A stretch of DNA of 63,217 nucleotides, counting the filler, from Salisapilia sapeloensis CBS 127946 (Eukaryota > Protista > Oomycota): the NCBI GenBank assembly GCA_023334545.1. It is 6 parts of 6 records of this genome, joined end to end, with 100 filler letters (N's around TTAATTAATTAA, not from the genome) between each part and the next. Parts side by side here need not be neighbours in the genome. Positions count along the whole stretch, not along the records: positions 1 to 30,442 come from JAADVB010000222.1; 5 more parts are not named here. One strand, written 5' to 3'. The number at the start of each line of letters is the position of its first letter. Position 1 is the first letter of the stretch. Below, piece after piece: positions 10,629 to 22,573 of the stretch. The notes beneath the pieces are model-generated. The model saw nothing but the letters and a program-made list of their open reading frames with translations, made no database searches and was not told the DNA's origin. A program made the position numbers and the translations under genes.

Positions 10629-12572
10629 CTAGCTGCCCAATCGACTTCGACGTCTCTCGAGCTGCAATTGCTCAATATGACCAGAAGTCACGCCTTGCGA
10701 GACCATTCGAATGGTGCAGTATAAGACACTTGCCCACTCCAGTCGCTCTTCCTGTGAGCTAGCCTGGAGCACCAACTTATCTGTCGGTGATCGAGCTACA
10801 ACGATGCACTGGTCTCGATTCGGCACTTCCAATAAGTTCACGTAGCATCCATACAGCGAAAACGACTTGAGATGCTTGAGTTTATCCTGTCCAGCTTCTT
10901 TATAATAGTGGATCTGCCCGTGCTCAATGACAACGACACGTCGTTTCCAATTCTCAAGTCCCGATCGAGACTTTTTCACTAGCACACCCTTCTTATACGG
11001 CGGCAATAGGAACTCTAGTTGCAATGGGAACTCGGCACCCTTGAGCAACGCTCGAGCATCCATACAAGGCATCCTCAGAATACTCTGGCCGGCGATGCTG
11101 ATGACCTGGCTGCCTGGAACGATACCTGTAAGTGACTTTCCCTCCGGTTCCCTCGAACTAGTAACCACGAGTGCTTCCGTCCGTCTCTCCAGCGTCAATC
11201 GAATCTCCTCTGGCTTCTGGTACACGACCGAGATGCGAGCGAGTGGAAGCTCCTCTGCTTGACGCACGACGAGGTGGAGTCCAGGCACAGTCTTCTGCGT
11301 ACTCGACCACCCGAGCGCAGTCTGGGCTTCTTGTAACGCTTCGATCCATCGACGCATATCGTCTTCACTAAACGCCGTCAAGTGCATTTCAAATTTTCCG
11401 TCCTTGGACGTCACGACAAAGTAGTTCTTACGTCCATCAGCCGTCTGGGCCATCCCAGGCGTCACGACAGATTCTTTCAACGGCATCGAGCCTTTCAATT
11501 CCTTCGCATCTGGCGTATAGTACCTCAGCTCTCCCTTCTCGACACGGAAAAATCGTGTCTTCCAGCTTTTATTCACATGTCCTCGCTTCCGTAGACATCC
11601 TTCCATGTGAATGTACGAAGTCGGATCATCGTACCGACGCCATTCATGCGGAACATCCAGGTCCTGGACGTAGAACTTGACTGTCTTGCGCAGGGGATCC
11701 CATGGAGCAGCCGGTGCGACACCTACTTGCTGTAGCTTTTTAATCCATTCGTCTCGAGCTTCGAGTGTCGGAGCTTGGACCATGGTCTTCCGTTGCCACG
11801 TGCCGATCATGAACAAGTTCTTCCGGTCCATCGTATCGTTCTGGATAGAGATTGTAGCTCGTGCGTCTAATCCGACATTCATCGAGCCCTTTAGCTTGGT
11901 CAGCTCCGCGTCGACAAAGTAGGACAAGACGCCATCGTCACGTAGCACAAAGTATCGCCAGTACCACGTCTTCACTCGTTGACCACACTTTTGCAACCAA
12001 CCTTGCATGACGACACCCATAGCTCCAGGATTAACTGTTTCAATGGCAGTACCGGCGGGAATCTCTTCGTCCATGACAGTTGGATCGTCCTCTGGATTAC
12101 CATCCTTTGGGTCCTGTAGACTCGGACCGAGAACACTCATCCATGAAAAACGAGCATTGTCCGTAGAATTCGAGCTTTCGATCGGTTCATCCACGTCTAT
12201 ATCTATGTCTATGTCTCGTGGAGTAGATGCGTTATTCATGCCTCGCGGCTCACTCGCAGTGTCTGAGCTCGACGTCGGTCGCGATGGCATATTCGAAGAT
12301 TCTAGTGCACGTACTTCCGTCGGATTGAGCCCAAAGACCGGGTTGCTAGGACTTAAGCAGCTCTGATAAAGCTCTGTGCTGCTTTGCGTTAAACTGGATC
12401 GATTACCGTCGATCTCTCGTCGCTGACGCACTGCGTCGTCCCGGTTCTGATTCGCAATGATAAACGTTGGGTCCGCCGTTGTGTGGCGACGATCAATCTG
12501 CACTTCGTCGCGGTTTTGTTCTTCAGCTGGAGCAAATTCCCGTGTGAAGAAGCGCTTGAACGCAAAGCCCAT
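10629..12572 (-). CDS. Triple-PH-domain protein with PDZ-like domain (single exon, 647 aa)
   Basis: Three PH signatures (QGWLQKCGQRVKTWYWRYFVL; EGCLRKRGHVNKSWKTRFF; KKGVLVKKSRSGLENWKRR), each closed by a W-containing helix. A PDZ-like segment (IVPGSQVISIAGQSI..LQLEF) lies between PH2 and PH3. Confidence 0.85.
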   Translation of the reverse strand: MGFAFKRFFTREFAPAEEQNRDEVQIDRRHTTADPTFIIANQNRDDAVRQRREIDGNRSSLTQSSTELYQSCLSPSNPVFGLNPTEVRALESSNMPSRPTSSSDTASEPRGMNNASTPRDIDIDIDVDEPIESSNSTDNARFSWMSVLGPSLQDPKDGNPEDDPTVMDEEIPAGTAIETVNPGAMGVVMQGWLQKCGQRVKTWYWRYFVLRDDGVLSYFVDAELTKLKGSMNVGLDARATISIQNDTMDRKNLFMIGTWQRKTMVQAPTLEARDEWIKKLQQVGVAPAAPWDPLRKTVKFYVQDLDVPHEWRRYDDPTSYIHMEGCLRKRGHVNKSWKTRFFRVEKGELRYYTPDAKELKGSMPLKESVVTPGMAQTADGRKNYFVVTSKDGKFEMHLTAFSEDDMRRWIEALQEAQTALGWSSTQKTVPGLHLVVRQAEELPLARISVVYQKPEEIRLTLERRTEALVVTSSREPEGKSLTGIVPGSQVISIAGQSILRMPCMDARALLKGAEFPLQLEFLLPPYKKGVLVKKSRSGLENWKRRVVVIEHGQIHYYKEAGQDKLKHLKSFSLYGCYVNLLEVPNRDQCIVVARSPTDKLVLQASSQEERLEWASVLYCTIRMVSQGVTSGHIEQLQLERRRSRLGS

Positions 12573-12939
12573 GGCGTCGTCGCTCGGACCGGTACTCGCA
12601 GTAATGCTCTCGATCGATTGCCACTTTTTCTACGCGATAATAGACATGGGCCACTTGCACCTGCTCTCCGTGTCGATACGTACGGACTTTACTGACGTGC
12701 TGGCTTTCGTTCTCACAAATTAATACTACCATAAACTTTTCTTTTCTTATGCTGTATACTGAAAGCAAGTCTACATACTAACGCCACCGACCATTATCTT
12801 CAAAGAAAAGAAAATGAGTAGCGATATGCAGATACTCGTGTCTCACCTCCCATGAAAAGGATATGCAGATACAACACCATGTCGTTACAAAGTAAAGTAG
12901 ATATTGCAAGTAGAGTAAAAATCAAAAAAGTTAGCTGTA

Positions 12940-15900
12940 TCACTGGAACAGCTCGGCCGGGTACAGTGGCGGTTCCAAGTTCTCTTCCGCTAAGAACTTG
13001 AGTGGGAAGTAGACGACGTGTCCTCGAATATTGCTCAGCTCCTCCTGCTTCTCCGAGATCTTCTCATTATCGCGCAAGTGGTGCATCATGGCGTTGTTCA
13101 GCGAATCCATCTTCTGCGTCATCGACGGGCGTTTTTCGCCGCCCTTATTCTTCCCACGACGCTCTTCCTGCGGTACACCCTTCATCTCACTATTCTCCGT
13201 CAACACTTCACCTCCTTCAATCGGTTCACTCGCAGCCGGGTGGCGCCCAACCTCTTCTGTCGGGCCTCCAAACCCATCTTCCTGGCGTGCGTTACCAGTA
13301 ACTTGGCCACTTCCTTGCTGCGGCTCCTCGGCATTGTCCGCAATCTCCGTGTGCTTGACCTCATTCTCCGGATCCACTTCCGTCGCGATCTGGTCAAAGC
13401 TTAAAACGCGATCGGACGGGAGACAAGCAAAGACCGACTCGTAGATCTGACAATTTGACATCGCATGATCCTGCAACGACAGCCACGTCTCCTTATCCAC
13501 TGGATCCGTGTACTTTTGATACAAGTCCGTGCCAGGGTCGACGCCAAAGTGTTCCGCAAACAGACGCATACGGAACGAATGGGCAAACTTACCCACCTGC
13601 GCTTTTCCATCGGCAATACGTGCATCCGCCATCTCATGATCATCCACCACGACTGCAATCTCCGAGTCGCGATCACCATTCTGAGAACGCTCATTGATAT
13701 TTGCTGACCCGATGATCACGTGCTGATCGTCGACGATCATGAGCTTACTGTGGATGTAAATCTCCTCCGTCTCGGGCTTATCATTCCGAACCGTGTAGTT
13801 ACGTAGACCGAAGAAGGCAATGTACTCGAACGGATCGACATCTAGCTCCTTGAACAACGTCGCGTAGATCGAGTTCTCTCCTCGACAGATACTACGATAC
13901 TGCCAGTACATGACACCACGCAGACTCGCGGCGTCACTATCCTCCGGTTCGCCTGGGAACGCAGGCATGAGCGGCATCATGACCATGACACGGAACTGCT
14001 CGTCATTCGCTGCTGCCCTCTTAATACGCTCCACAAGAGCGTTTGCAATACGGTTCGACACGCCGTTATCTCCTTCCAGTCCAGAGATAAAGAACTGGTT
14101 CTCAATGTAGACAAAGTGTTTCGCGGAGCCGATGAGACGGATGTATGCGTTTTGGATACTGTGCTCCGTCGACGTACCTGCACTCCACCACGTGACACTA
14201 CGTAGGATTTGCGTCGACACAGCCACACCGCGCTTCTTCTTCAACGCCTCGTCTTCGACACTGTAGTCCTCCGTCTCACCATCGTGATTTGCACTCGCGC
14301 CGCGCATCGGCTGTGGCTTGCGCTTAAAGACGTTGGCGACCTTGCCCCACTTGCTCTTTTTGCCATTATTCTCCTCCGTCTTCTCCTCTCCTCCATTCTG
14401 CGTCTGCTCTTTCTGGAGACGAGCATGCAAGTCGGCATGAGACACCTCCGATCGGTCCTTGGACGCATTCTTGGAGCCTTGGAAGCCCTGGATGACACGA
14501 GCTGCGCGCATGGCATTCTGCAGACGGTTGTTCAGCATATCCTGTGGGTTACGACTTGGGTCTCGCGTGCGTTCATAGTCCTTGCGCGGCACCAAGTGGT
14601 GCTGACTCTCCGTCTTCTTGCGCGTCGACACACTGTAGTTCCATCGCTGGATAAAGTGGCGAGCAACGTCTCGCGCCGGCTGGCCTTCTAGACGACAGTG
14701 GACGTCATGCCACGGCATCCGCGGCACCGTCTCTCGATCAATCATGTCCTTCTCTGGCTGATTCAGCTCGATAAAGTCCTTGACACGTGGATTCGAGTAG
14801 TCTTTCCCGACAAACACCTTGTCGTCGCCAGGTTCATCAAACAGCGCGTGCTTTCCAGTATCCCAACGACCGAAACAAATGTCCAGACCACCAACGAAAC
14901 CAATCTTCTGGTCACACACGACAATCTTTTCATGATGCGAGTACATTCCGAGGTTCTTGACGATAAAGTCCGGGTCACGAAGTACATGGACGTTCGGATG
15001 TAGACGCTGGAGAACCATCTTGGAAAAATAAGAGTTGAGCGTCAAGGCCATCGCAATCTCCTTGTACATAAGCACGTATACTTGCACTCCTTCCTCTGCT
15101 TTCTTCTGCAAGAGCTGGTCGAGACGAGATTCCGGGTATTTCTCCGGTGGACGCTTCAGGTAGATCGTCGGACAGACCCACCAACCAGCGATAAACACTT
15201 CCTTCTTCGCCGCAGAGATCTCGTCGTAGATAGCTTCGTACGTGCCACTGCCGTCGGCAAACCAACGCGCGTACGAAGGTACTTCCGTCGGGTTACGAGT
15301 GATCGAGTACGAGTCGTCGCGATGGGATTGGACCCACGCAGACTTGGAAGACGCATCGCGAATGGCATTGGCCCACTTGACAATCGCTTGCTTCGTCTTG
15401 GCTTCGAGCTGCATGACGTATGTCGCGTTCGAGAGCACGAGCATCGACTTGGAGCCTACCTCCTTCATACCTCGCTTCACTTCCAAGCTGTTGTCAAAGA
15501 GCATCACTTCCATCGGCTCCGTATCGGCAATCGAATCGTACACGGCGATACTAGAAAATTTGAGCGCCACCCACCTCGTACGCTTCGGCTTCAAGTGCAC
15601 ACGCTTGACAACACATGTGCAGTTGAAGCACTCATTATCACAGCTGACGGCACCTCGGTTCACTTGGACATTCTCCTTGTTACCCTTGAGCCACGATCGG
15701 ACCTTCATCCATCCTTCACGAATTGACGTGACACCGTCCTCGTCGTCAAACGTACTGTTGCTCACTTGGAACAACGAGACAACGTACGAAGACGAGAGCA
15801 GACCAGGCATCTGGACGACCTTTTCCAAGTAGCTTTGGACGAGCATGACCATCTCGGAAGACGTCGATGCGTCGGCACTTGCGAGGAAAAACTTGCGCAT

Positions 15901-16497
15901 ACCAGGCAGGTCATCGTCCGACGTAATGGCATAGTCCGACGAATGTGCGTGGTGCAGCATTTGCCTCGCATTCGACTTGCCATGACGAATCTTGTACCGA
16001 CTCTTGATGTAAAACCACAGTCCATACAGCGCAGACTTGGAGATCTCGACTTTCCACTTGTAGCTGCGATACGAGACCTAGTACACATGTGGATAAGTAT
16101 CTCTGGTATAAATAGGAGTGCATGTGTATGCGCATACCTCGACGTCGTATTCGACGTAACGTGTAGGCCAAGCCTCTTCGGACCGGGCGTCGACCACTCG
16201 TAAGTGCGGGGGCTCCTCAAACAAGTTCATGTCTCCATCTTCATCTTGATGGAAGTTGCTTCTCGGCCCGTCAATATTCTCTACTTCCCTTCGGACATTC
16301 CGTGCCGACTCGCGTTGCGCGAATTCTGAGTTATAGTTATTCGGCGATGACATGGCGGAGCCGTCGTCGGACATGGCACGATAGTGGTGGTCAGTATCTC
16401 CATTCGCATTCGAATTTTGCGCCGTGTTAGGTGCAGGCGGTGGCTGCGTTTGCCCCGAGGCGTCTCCAGACGGACTTGACGACGAACCGTTCGGCAT
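12940..16497 (-). CDS. PLD: Phospholipase D, PX-PH class (one intron about 16078-16137)
   Basis: Two intact HKD motifs (HHEKIVVCD and IHSKLMIVDD), IGSANINERS, PRMPWHDVH, IYIENQFF-like motif, N-terminal PX and PH regions. ORFs 16078-16497 and 12940-15960 are joined. Confidence 0.96.
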
Positions 16498-16844
16498 CGA
16501 AGAAGCGAATTACGAAATGATCGAAATATTTTATCGCCCAATTTTCCATGTGTCGTCTCATGCAATTTTTGAAGTTAATGGTTGACGATAGTGTCGAAGG
16601 AATTCGAAGAAATATTGAAAGATGAGCTAAGGTAAGAGATGGATGATGTAGACGACTTGCACGTATATTCAACGAGCCATTGCGTTCAAAACTCAGTACA
16701 AGTACCCAGCTCCATTTGACGATGTGACACGACCGATGTCGAATGAACGCGACGCTTCAGGGTGGTGTCTCCACCGAAATCACGACCTTCGAGCAACCTG
16801 AAACGGACAAGAAAAGAAAAGAAGAACGGAATAAGAAAATAATC

Positions 16845-19204
16845 ATGGCCGGCGACGAACCGAGGTTAAGAGGGATCTTTGCCGTCGAGGATGAAGAGAC
16901 ACCAGAGTGGAAGCATGCGATTGAGTCCGAAGGACAAGGGAGTGTCCCCAAGTTCGCCACCAAGGCAGAGTGTGAAGAGTTTATCCAGAAGAATTGCTGG
17001 CGAGGATCGAATCCAGACTTTCCCAACCTCCAGCACATCTTCTCTATGCTCGTAGATGAACAACAGGTCGCTTATCTAGACACTTTTATATCATCATGAC
17101 AAGACCTTAGGAGAAAAGTATAGATTGAAGAGATCCTTATGCCAAAGATTCAAGAGTATAATGAGCGATATCCGCCACAACGACCAAAGGACATTGATCC
17201 GAACAATCGATTCGTCAGTGGAGAAGGCAAAGGTGTCTGTGAAGGTCTAGACTTTCGCCTCAACCTTCCTTTCCACAAAGAGGTACACTCGACAAGATTC
17301 CAATCGTCATACGCTTCTCCTACCTTACGCTCTACACAAACTAGATGACGCCAGAGTCCACTTACAATACGCTTAAGTACCTCTTCCATCACATGCGATG
17401 TGGTATTTACGTCATGATCCGTCAGAAACGTGTCGTTCTCTTCGTACCGTTTGCCAATCGAGATTACGAGAACAATTGGGGGCAAAACATTCGCTTCGAC
17501 TCGGCTGATGGACGGATGGATACGTACTATCGAGAGAAACGAAACTATTATCGTCGAGAAAACATTATTGACGACCCACAAAAGTGGTGGGCGAATGGGA
17601 ACATCATCTGTAATGAGCACTGTCGATACCGAAACAAGGAGCATGAGACGCAGTATTGGGGCGACCAGTTCCTCACACAGCTCAAGGACATGCTCGAGGA
17701 CGCTTGCAAGCATCGTGACATTCCAGACTGTGAGTTTTTTATCAACAAGCGTGACTACCCGCAGCTCAAGAACAATCGGACGGAACCCTACGGCTTCCTC
17801 TTCGACAAAGACGACAAGAACCCAGACGAGGACATTCCTCTCCAGCGACACTTGTACGACACTTATGCGCCTATCATGAGCTTCTACGTCAGTAAACGGT
17901 ACGTCGCCCTCGTTCCACCTATCCATACGTCTCTCACATCTGTCCGTAGCTTTGCAGACGTGCCCTTCCCGTGCTCAGAAGACTGGGAAGCTGCCACCGG
18001 TCTTGTCTTCCCTCAGTCCTTCCGCCATACGCACTGCGACGCGTGCCCTTGCAACAACCCTCGCAAGTGTGAGAACGACTGGAAATGCTTTTGCCAACTG
18101 CGTCCGAATCAGCGCAAGCGCCATGGGATCGAAGAAGCTCGCGACTTGTTCACTGCGACGAACTTCCAGAAGTTCGCTAAGCCGTGGGAAGAGAAAGTGG
18201 ACACGGCGTTCTTCCGAGGTAGCGCAACTGGTGGTGGGACGACGATCGAGACGAATCAACGACTGCACTTGGCTCAGTTGTCGAATATCTGGAAGCACGA
18301 TCAGAATTATAATGGACAAGGATCTGACGATCATGAAGGCGTCCCGTTCTTGAATGCAGAAGTGACGACGTGGAATCTACGTGATAAGAAACTCGCCGAG
18401 ACACCGATGACGTTCGTGCGGACGGAAAAGTTCATGTTCACTGCTGGTCGACAGCATTTTATTCCTATCTACCAACAGTCTTCTTTCAAGTACATTCTGT
18501 ACGTCGAAGGTCATTGTGCTGCGAATCGATATGCTTTTCTCATGCGTCTCGGAAGTGTCATCTTGAAAGTCGAATCGAGGTGCGTCGCGGATGAAATGTG
18601 GTACTTCCCACTCCTTCAACCGTTCGAGGATCATGTACCGATTAAAAGCGACTTGTCCGACCTCGCGGAAAAGATCCAGTGGTGCCGAGACAATGACGAC
18701 AAGTGCCGACAGATCGCACAACGTGCGAATGACCTGTACGAACAGTTCGTGTCGAGAGATGCGATTCGAGACTACATGGAACTCATTTGCCATGGCGTCG
18801 CCCAGCGCTTCCGTCCGGCACCGGAGTGGTATACGCGTCCGAAGAAGCTCCGGACGGACGATCAACCGCACTTCCCGGAAGTCGCGTCCGGATGCAGGTG
18901 TCGTCGTTGCGACGAGACTAAGGACGACGATCGACAGAAGAAGTTGTCCGGAGAGCTAAACTCCGGTAGAAGAGGACGTGGTCCAGACAGGAGTGAGCCT
19001 CGTCGCGGCGTAAAGCGAGACCGATCGAGACCTCGTCCGGCCCGTCGCAGTCGATCTCCCGACCGCAGACGCCAACGCAGTCGATCTCCAGATCGTAAGC
19101 GTCGTCGTAGCAGGTCTCGCGATCGTGGACGTGATCGAGACCAAGGAAAGGAATGGTGTCGTCGTTGCCGTCGATCCAAAGCGGCTTGTAGCTGTCATCA
19201 TTAG
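16845..19204 (+). CDS. Glycosyltransferase family 90 (CAP10-type) protein with C-terminal RS-rich and Cys-rich tail
   Basis: GT90 motifs: WEEKVDTAFFRGSATG, FKYILYVEGHCAANRYAFLMRLGSVILKV, WYFPLLQPFEDHVPIKSDLSDLAEKIQWCRDND.KCRQIA. Three exons spliced from ATG 16845. The tail contains RSRSPDRRRQRSRSPDRKRRRSRSRDR. Confidence 0.85.
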
Positions 19205-19308
19205 GTAGATGCAAATCCATGAAGATGCTGACTGATTGATGCAAATCTTGTCTTGATACCGTTGCGTTTAGTATTTATAGCTCTTCATTCTAATCAAAGT
19301 GGCTCAAG

Positions 19309-19614
19309 ATGGAACCACAGGATGTACCGAAGTCTGTCCAGAGCAAAGGACGAGACTCGAAACCTAAAGTCCAGCGACAGCTCCATGCCAAGCTAGTAGA
19401 ATCTAGGATGTTGCAAGTGCTAGAGCGTCAGTTACAGCAAGAGAGTGGAGATACTTCGAATCAGTTGGAGCATGAAGAAGAGCTAGTGAATGACTCGCAG
19501 ATGATTGCTATTGAACAACCACAGGAAGGAGAGGGTGGACAGCATAAAACTGGATGTGGTGTCGTTCGTATGGTCCGATCACTGCATCGAGACCAACAGA
19601 ATGTCGCCAAGTAA
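19309..19614 (+). CDS. Possible small hydrophilic hypothetical protein (101 aa)
   Basis: Open ATG ORF filling the 465-bp gap between the GT90 and Vps36 stops; Q/E-rich; no recognisable motif. Confidence 0.3.
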   Translation: MEPQDVPKSVQSKGRDSKPKVQRQLHAKLVESRMLQVLERQLQQESGDTSNQLEHEEELVNDSQMIAIEQPQEGEGGQHKTGCGVVRMVRSLHRDQQNVAK

Positions 19615-19668
19615 TGGAAACAACGAAGAAATATACATGATAGCAAACGCCACTCTTTCTTTTTATTC

Positions 19669-21039
19669 TCATGAGACACTAAAGTCTACGAACTTGTTCA
19701 CATAAAAGTTCATCCCTTCAAACGTATCGTCTCGACATAATTGCTCCATCTTCTCCGCAACCTACTCCATGTCTTGTCAGCTCTGCATCATACAACTATC
19801 CACAAGATAAGTCTACCTTGAGGTACTCCCATGCTAATGGGAAGGACACATGCAGCTCCGTGGACACATCCGTCGCCGTAATATACCCTCCAGAAGACGC
19901 CTGCGCCATCTTGGCCAGTCGTTCCGCCACTCGATCCTCCCGATGTGAATCTACCCATCGTAGAAACCGCTCATTATTATCGTTTATGCAATATGTACGG
20001 ATGTGTCCTACCTGATTGGAGCACTGTCGGTCCACCTTCAAACTTTCGGAGGTGATAGCCAAGCTGCAGTGTCTTTTGCATCATACAAGCTCGGTACAAG
20101 TCATCTGGAGACACGAGCTCTACACCTCTAGCTCGATTGAATATGCAGTAAATGTCCGACAAGGTCATGATACCACCATGCTTGGGCATATGGGGCTCGA
20201 GAAACTCTGCTAATTGTCGTGCTAACTGATCAAAGTACGCGTTTCCAGCATTCTTCCGCGTGACGGGACTCGTGATACCCATATCCAACATCAACGAGTT
20301 CAACTGCTTCGTATCTTCCGATTCCGAGCGTTTGAATCCACCTTCCGTCGTCTTTTCATTCGACGTTTTCTGCGTATCGACATACCGTTCAATCAATCCG
20401 ACCACATCTTTCGCTTTTTCCATCAGGTTCGACAAGTCTGTAAACGCCGTGGCGGCGAGATCCTTGGACTCTTGCTGTGCCAACTTCTGTCGTTCCAAAA
20501 TCCCTTTGATTCCAGCATCCGACGGATCAAATCCGCGTTTCACCTCTCGTTTATCTGCAAATGAGCTCTTCTGAACATCCTTCCACGCCCGTCGTTCTAG
20601 CGTCGTTAACAATCGACCATGGAAGTCGTCATGGCCTCGATCTTTGAACGACAGTTTGAGGAATACACCTTCACCGGTGGATGTTTTCAAGTCCAGACGT
20701 AGTTTGGGCGATCGAGAGAGAAAACCAGGCTCCTTTGTCACTTTCCTCACGGTGTCCAGAGGTAAGAAGAGCGCAATGTGCGAATCATCCTTCTCTTCGA
20801 TGTAGAATAACCGGTGGGTGGTGATCGAGCATCGACCGCGTTTGTACTCAGTCTTGTCAGTGTGATCATACAGACTGATCCCGAACTCAGTGTACACTTC
20901 TACTTCTCCCTTACGCAGTGCTGGTCGTCCAACGGACGTCAATGGAAGAGCTACAAGGTACTCGTGAGCACAAGTACGAGTTTATATCGAATACACGAGG
21001 AGGCATACGTTGGAGCAAGTCGAGTGCTTTGGGGTGCAT
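19669..21039 (-). CDS. VPS36: ESCRT-II subunit Vps36/EAP45 (GLUE domain plus winged helices)
   Basis: GLUE-like N-terminus, GIKGI, AFTDLSNLMEKAKDVV, DMGITSPVT, YFDQLARQLAEF, GGIMTLSDIYCIFNRARGVELVSPDD, and spliced end LCRDDTFEGMNFYVNKF. The start may be the in-frame upstream ATG at 21117. Confidence 0.95.
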
Positions 21040-21224
21040 TGAAGAAGTATTATTGTCGTCTACTTTTCGAACACGAGCCTTCATAGACGACGATGCTGGT
21101 GCGTGATGAGACTCCATGGCGTGCACTCGTGCGACCGAACGAGGCCTTAATGGAAGAATGTAATATCGGAAGAGAGTTCACATACAAATCTCAAGTTTAA
21201 TAAATCTTGAACCGTCGGATGACG

Positions 21225-22499
21225 ATGCAGCTAACTCAGCTCTTCCTCCGCTACTACCCTCCGACGATACGGCTGCAGTATGTGACACGGGATGAGGTAG
21301 TCCGCTTCAAGAACATAAGCCTATATCACGTATCATCCGACTCCAACGCACGCACTGTATCCAAGTCGTTGATCGCACAGGAACGACTGCTTCATGAAGG
21401 TCTCGTGGATACTGTATCTCGCGTCGTCCAGCGTCTTATTGACGAGCATCAGCGAGGATTGAGTGCTACTGCCACTCCTTTCCAGCACCATACCACCCAT
21501 CGACCACACATAAGTCCTATTACGAACTTTGCATGCCATAAAACCGGTCGGATCGTGGCGACGAGCAGCTATGACAAAACCATCAAGATCATCCATCCGT
21601 TCGACAAGAAATCCAGTCCAGTTACTTTATCCGGTCATTCAGACGTTGTGTACAGCATTGATTTTCATACTTCTCCATCGCCTCGGGTACTCTCAGGTTC
21701 ATTCGATCGAACATGTCGTCTATGGGACGTCCAGAGCAAATCTTGTCTCGCCACGTACTCTGGTCATGACGCTGAAATAGTTGCAACGAAATTTGATTCC
21801 TCCGGCCAGCACTTTGGTAGCTGTTCTATGGACTATACATCTCGAGTATGGGATGCATTGACTGAAACTTGCATTGGCACATTGGAAGGCCACGAAGCTG
21901 AAGTCTCCTGTCTCGCTTTCCATCCTGACGACAGCCATATCGTTGCCACCGGCAGCTGTGATGCAACTGTAAGGCTCTGGGATACCCGCTATGATTCCTC
22001 TTGCTTTCGCGTCCTGGACGAACATGATAATGACATCGTGACGGTCGAATTCGATCCAATAGCCCAGCTCATCGCATCCGCTGGTGCTGATGGGTACTGC
22101 CGACTATGGGACGTTCGAACTGGCAAATGTCTCTTTTGTCTTGATGACCACACGGGCGAAATCTCTGACGCCAAAATGAACGGCACAGGAGCTCTCATCG
22201 CTACTTGTGGCGACGACGGATGTGCCTATGTGTACGATACGCTCACAGGCACACGTCGTCATCGGCTCTACAGCCACGATGGCAACGTCACGAGCATTCG
22301 ATTCAATCCTCAGGGCAACTTACTCCTGGGAACAGGTAGCGATGGCACTAGTCGAGTATGGAACGTCTTCACCGGAGACCTCATCGAGACCTTGTGCGGA
22401 CATGAAGCAGAAGTCTATGCCGGAACCTTTACGTACGATAGTACGAGCGTGTTAACTGCTTCTAAAGATAATTCGATACGAGTATACTCGAAAGCATGA
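21225..22499 (+). CDS. DAW1: Dynein assembly factor with WD repeats 1 (ODA16/WDR69)-like
   Basis: N-terminal LFLRYYPPTIRLQY matches the ODA16-type LLRYYPPGI.LEY motif, followed by about 8 WD40 repeats (GH..WD). Single exon. Confidence 0.8.
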   Translation: MQLTQLFLRYYPPTIRLQYVTRDEVVRFKNISLYHVSSDSNARTVSKSLIAQERLLHEGLVDTVSRVVQRLIDEHQRGLSATATPFQHHTTHRPHISPITNFACHKTGRIVATSSYDKTIKIIHPFDKKSSPVTLSGHSDVVYSIDFHTSPSPRVLSGSFDRTCRLWDVQSKSCLATYSGHDAEIVATKFDSSGQHFGSCSMDYTSRVWDALTETCIGTLEGHEAEVSCLAFHPDDSHIVATGSCDATVRLWDTRYDSSCFRVLDEHDNDIVTVEFDPIAQLIASAGADGYCRLWDVRTGKCLFCLDDHTGEISDAKMNGTGALIATCGDDGCAYVYDTLTGTRRHRLYSHDGNVTSIRFNPQGNLLLGTGSDGTSRVWNVFTGDLIETLCGHEAEVYAGTFTYDSTSVLTASKDNSIRVYSKA

Positions 22500-22573
22500 T
22501 GATAAAAGGAAAAAGAAGTATTGGATGAGAAACTTTGCTACTTGTTTGTGAAGATAGATATCGAAGGGTAAGT

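Noticed and set aside
13002-16220. Many long antisense or alternative-frame ORFs overlapping PLD (also over PP2A-A, GT90, the repeat protein and cytochrome c1)
   Set aside because: Expected shadows of GC3-rich codon usage; no motifs, and the real gene is on the other strand or frame.
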